In this document: positions 62,778 through 64,000 of the stretch, in pieces
Position numbering within the stretch: position 1 is the first letter of the stretch
Layout of the letters: each line of letters begins with the position of its first letter
Source of the DNA: Actinomycetota bacterium
GTDB taxonomy: Bacteria; Actinomycetota; CADDZG01; JAHWKV01
Length of the DNA: 64,000 nucleotides
Direction of reading: 5' to 3'
Assembly (NCBI GenBank): GCA_051005875.1
Contig: JBPCIX010000057.1
Location: forward strand, 5,269-69,268
The notes under the pieces: model-generated
The model's database searches: none
The model's input: only the letters and a program-made list of their open reading frames with translations
Told to the model about the DNA's origin: nothing
Program-made: the position numbers and the translations under genes

Positions 62778-64000
62778 TTAGGTTCGCTTGGCCTTCTTTC
62801 GTTTGGCCCTTGATTGGCGGCGTTGCTGTGGCTGCCGGCGCGGCGACGGCGCCGGCCTGGCGGCGGAAGCGCTCGATCCATCCCCAGAAGAACCCGATTC
62901 GGTCGGGCGCGCGCTGCCGGCGCGTGCAAGGGCCGGGGTCTTTTCCTCGGCCGAATCGGCGTCTGCCCCAAGGGCGGGGATTGCCTTGGACTTACCCCGC
63001 GACTCAGAAACTACCCTCTCGCGTACATTCGCATAGCGCGGCTCGTGTTGTTTCCAGATCGTGAGCAAAGGAGTCGCGACGTAAATAGACGAAAACGTCC
63101 CGGCAGCGATTCCTACAAAAAGCGCTAAAGCAAGATCCTTCAACGTATCGGCGCCCAACACGACACTTCCAACTACGAGAAGACTGCCGACCGGCAGAAG
63201 GACCGTAAGAGACGTATTAATCGAGCGCATGAAAACCTGGTTTGTAGAAACGTTAGCGATCTCGTTGAAGCTCAGCCGGGAGTTGGATGGGAGTGCCTGG
63301 TTCTCGCGTATTTTGTCAAACACCACCACAGTGTCGTACAGGGAATAACCAAGAATCGTAAGCGTTGCCACAACGGTGGCCGGTGACACTTCGAACCCGA
63401 CCAAGGCATAGACGCCGGCCGTAATTGTAACGTCGTGAATCAGCGCAGCGATGCCTGCGGCGGCCATCTTCGGCTCCAACCTCCACGACATATAAAGGAT
63501 CACTAGCACGAGGAAAATCAACAAGCCGCGCAACGCCTTGATTGTTATCTGGGCCCCCCACTTGCTCCCCACGGATTCGATATTTACGCTGTCGAGCTTT
63601 GTTCCAGTGGCTTTGGCAAGGGCGCTGATGACCTTGTCCCTGTCGGCAGGCTTGAGGGTAGATTCGGTCTGGACCTGCACCAAAGAGCGCTTTGAGACCT
63701 TGTCCTGCTGTATCTGGACAAGGGGGTTTCCAAGGCCCGCCTCGTTTAGGGCCGACTTAACGGCCGGCACAGTCAGCGAAGCCTCCGCCGGCGCCCGGTA
63801 TACGGTGCCCCCCTTGAAATCGATCCCGTAGGTAAGGCCGCGAATACTGGGGATGAGCAGGATTATGGATGAGGCCAGCAGAAAAGCGGAAATGGTGAGC
63901 CAAAGTTTCCGGCGGCCGATGAAGTCGATGTTGAACTCGCTGCGATAAATCTTGCGAAGGATCGACCCTTGCTTCTTGCCTCCTTCCAGCGCACCGCGCA
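62778..64000 (-). CDS. secF: Protein translocase subunit SecF; the 5' end runs off the window
   Basis: The frame of the 62778..63770 ORF stays open to nt 64000. The extension reads ...LRKIYRSEFNIDFIGRRKLWLTISAFLLASSIILLIPSIRGLTYGIDFKGGTVY, the canonical SecF N-terminus. There is a long basic low-complexity C-terminal tail. Confidence 0.85.
   Translation of the reverse strand, partial: RGALEGGKKQGSILRKIYRSEFNIDFIGRRKLWLTISAFLLASSIILLIPSIRGLTYGIDFKGGTVYRAPAEASLTVPAVKSALNEAGLGNPLVQIQQDKVSKRSLVQVQTESTLKPADRDKVISALAKATGTKLDSVNIESVGSKWGAQITIKALRGLLIFLVLVILYMSWRLEPKMAAAGIAALIHDVTITAGVYALVGFEVSPATVVATLTILGYSLYDTVVVFDKIRENQALPSNSRLSFNEIANVSTNQVFMRSINTSLTVLLPVGSLLVVGSVVLGADTLKDLALALFVGIAAGTFSSIYVATPLLTIWKQHEPRYANVRERVVSESRGKSKAIPALGADADSAEEKTPALARAGSARPTESGSSGDGSSASAARPAPSPRRQPQQRRQSRAKRKKAKRT

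Noticed and set aside
63768-63770. The GTG at 63770 as the secF start, with a separate gene upstream
   Set aside because: The upstream in-frame sequence is the conserved SecF N-terminus, and no stop occurs up to the window edge.
1-64000. A mobile genetic element, prophage, defence island or toxin-antitoxin module
   Set aside because: I recognised no integrase, transposase, recombinase, phage structural, restriction-modification, Cas, abortive-infection or TA-like ORFs. Gene content is almost entirely conserved housekeeping in a conserved order.

Overview
This 64 kb window is GC-rich (about 60% by eye, not computed) and looks like conserved core chromosome of an actinobacterium. The evidence is an mIHF gene and gene orders known from Mycobacterium and Streptomyces: argCJBDFRGH, infC-rpmI-rplT-trmH...pheST, pyrR-pyrB-pyrC-carAB...pyrF-mihF-gmk-rpoZ-coaBC-metK-priA-def-fmt-rib, efp-nusB, aroCKBQ, and aroE-mltG-ruvX-alaS / aspS / hisS / relA / secF. 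About 60 of the genes are on the minus strand. Positions 19645 to 64000 form one uninterrupted co-directional array with many 4-nt start/stop overlaps. I found no rRNA, tRNA, CRISPR array, transposase, integrase or obvious defence or toxin genes. I do not see a clearly novel multi-gene system. The unusual content is as follows. (1) A 95-106 nt structured inverted-repeat element sits in two operon-internal spacers (ribE-ribBA and rpoZ-coaBC), shows compensatory stem changes, and has an internally deleted mini-copy. (2) A partial type IV pilus assembly cluster (pilB, pilD, pilM, pilN, pilO) plus two uncharacterised membrane proteins is inserted in the shikimate (aro) locus, with no pilin, pilC or pilT. 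(3) An orphan cytoplasmic PAS histidine kinase is translationally coupled between trmH and pheS. (4) gmk has no canonical start codon and probably starts at AUA or AUC, and infC probably starts at AUA. (5) The pyrR leader has a PyrR-binding hairpin, a 15-codon uORF and UUGA coupling to pyrR. (6) The PriA homolog lacks Walker A, DExH and Cys-rich motifs. (7) There are several short perfect tandem duplications. All calls come from reading the translations and sequence by eye. No database search was run.
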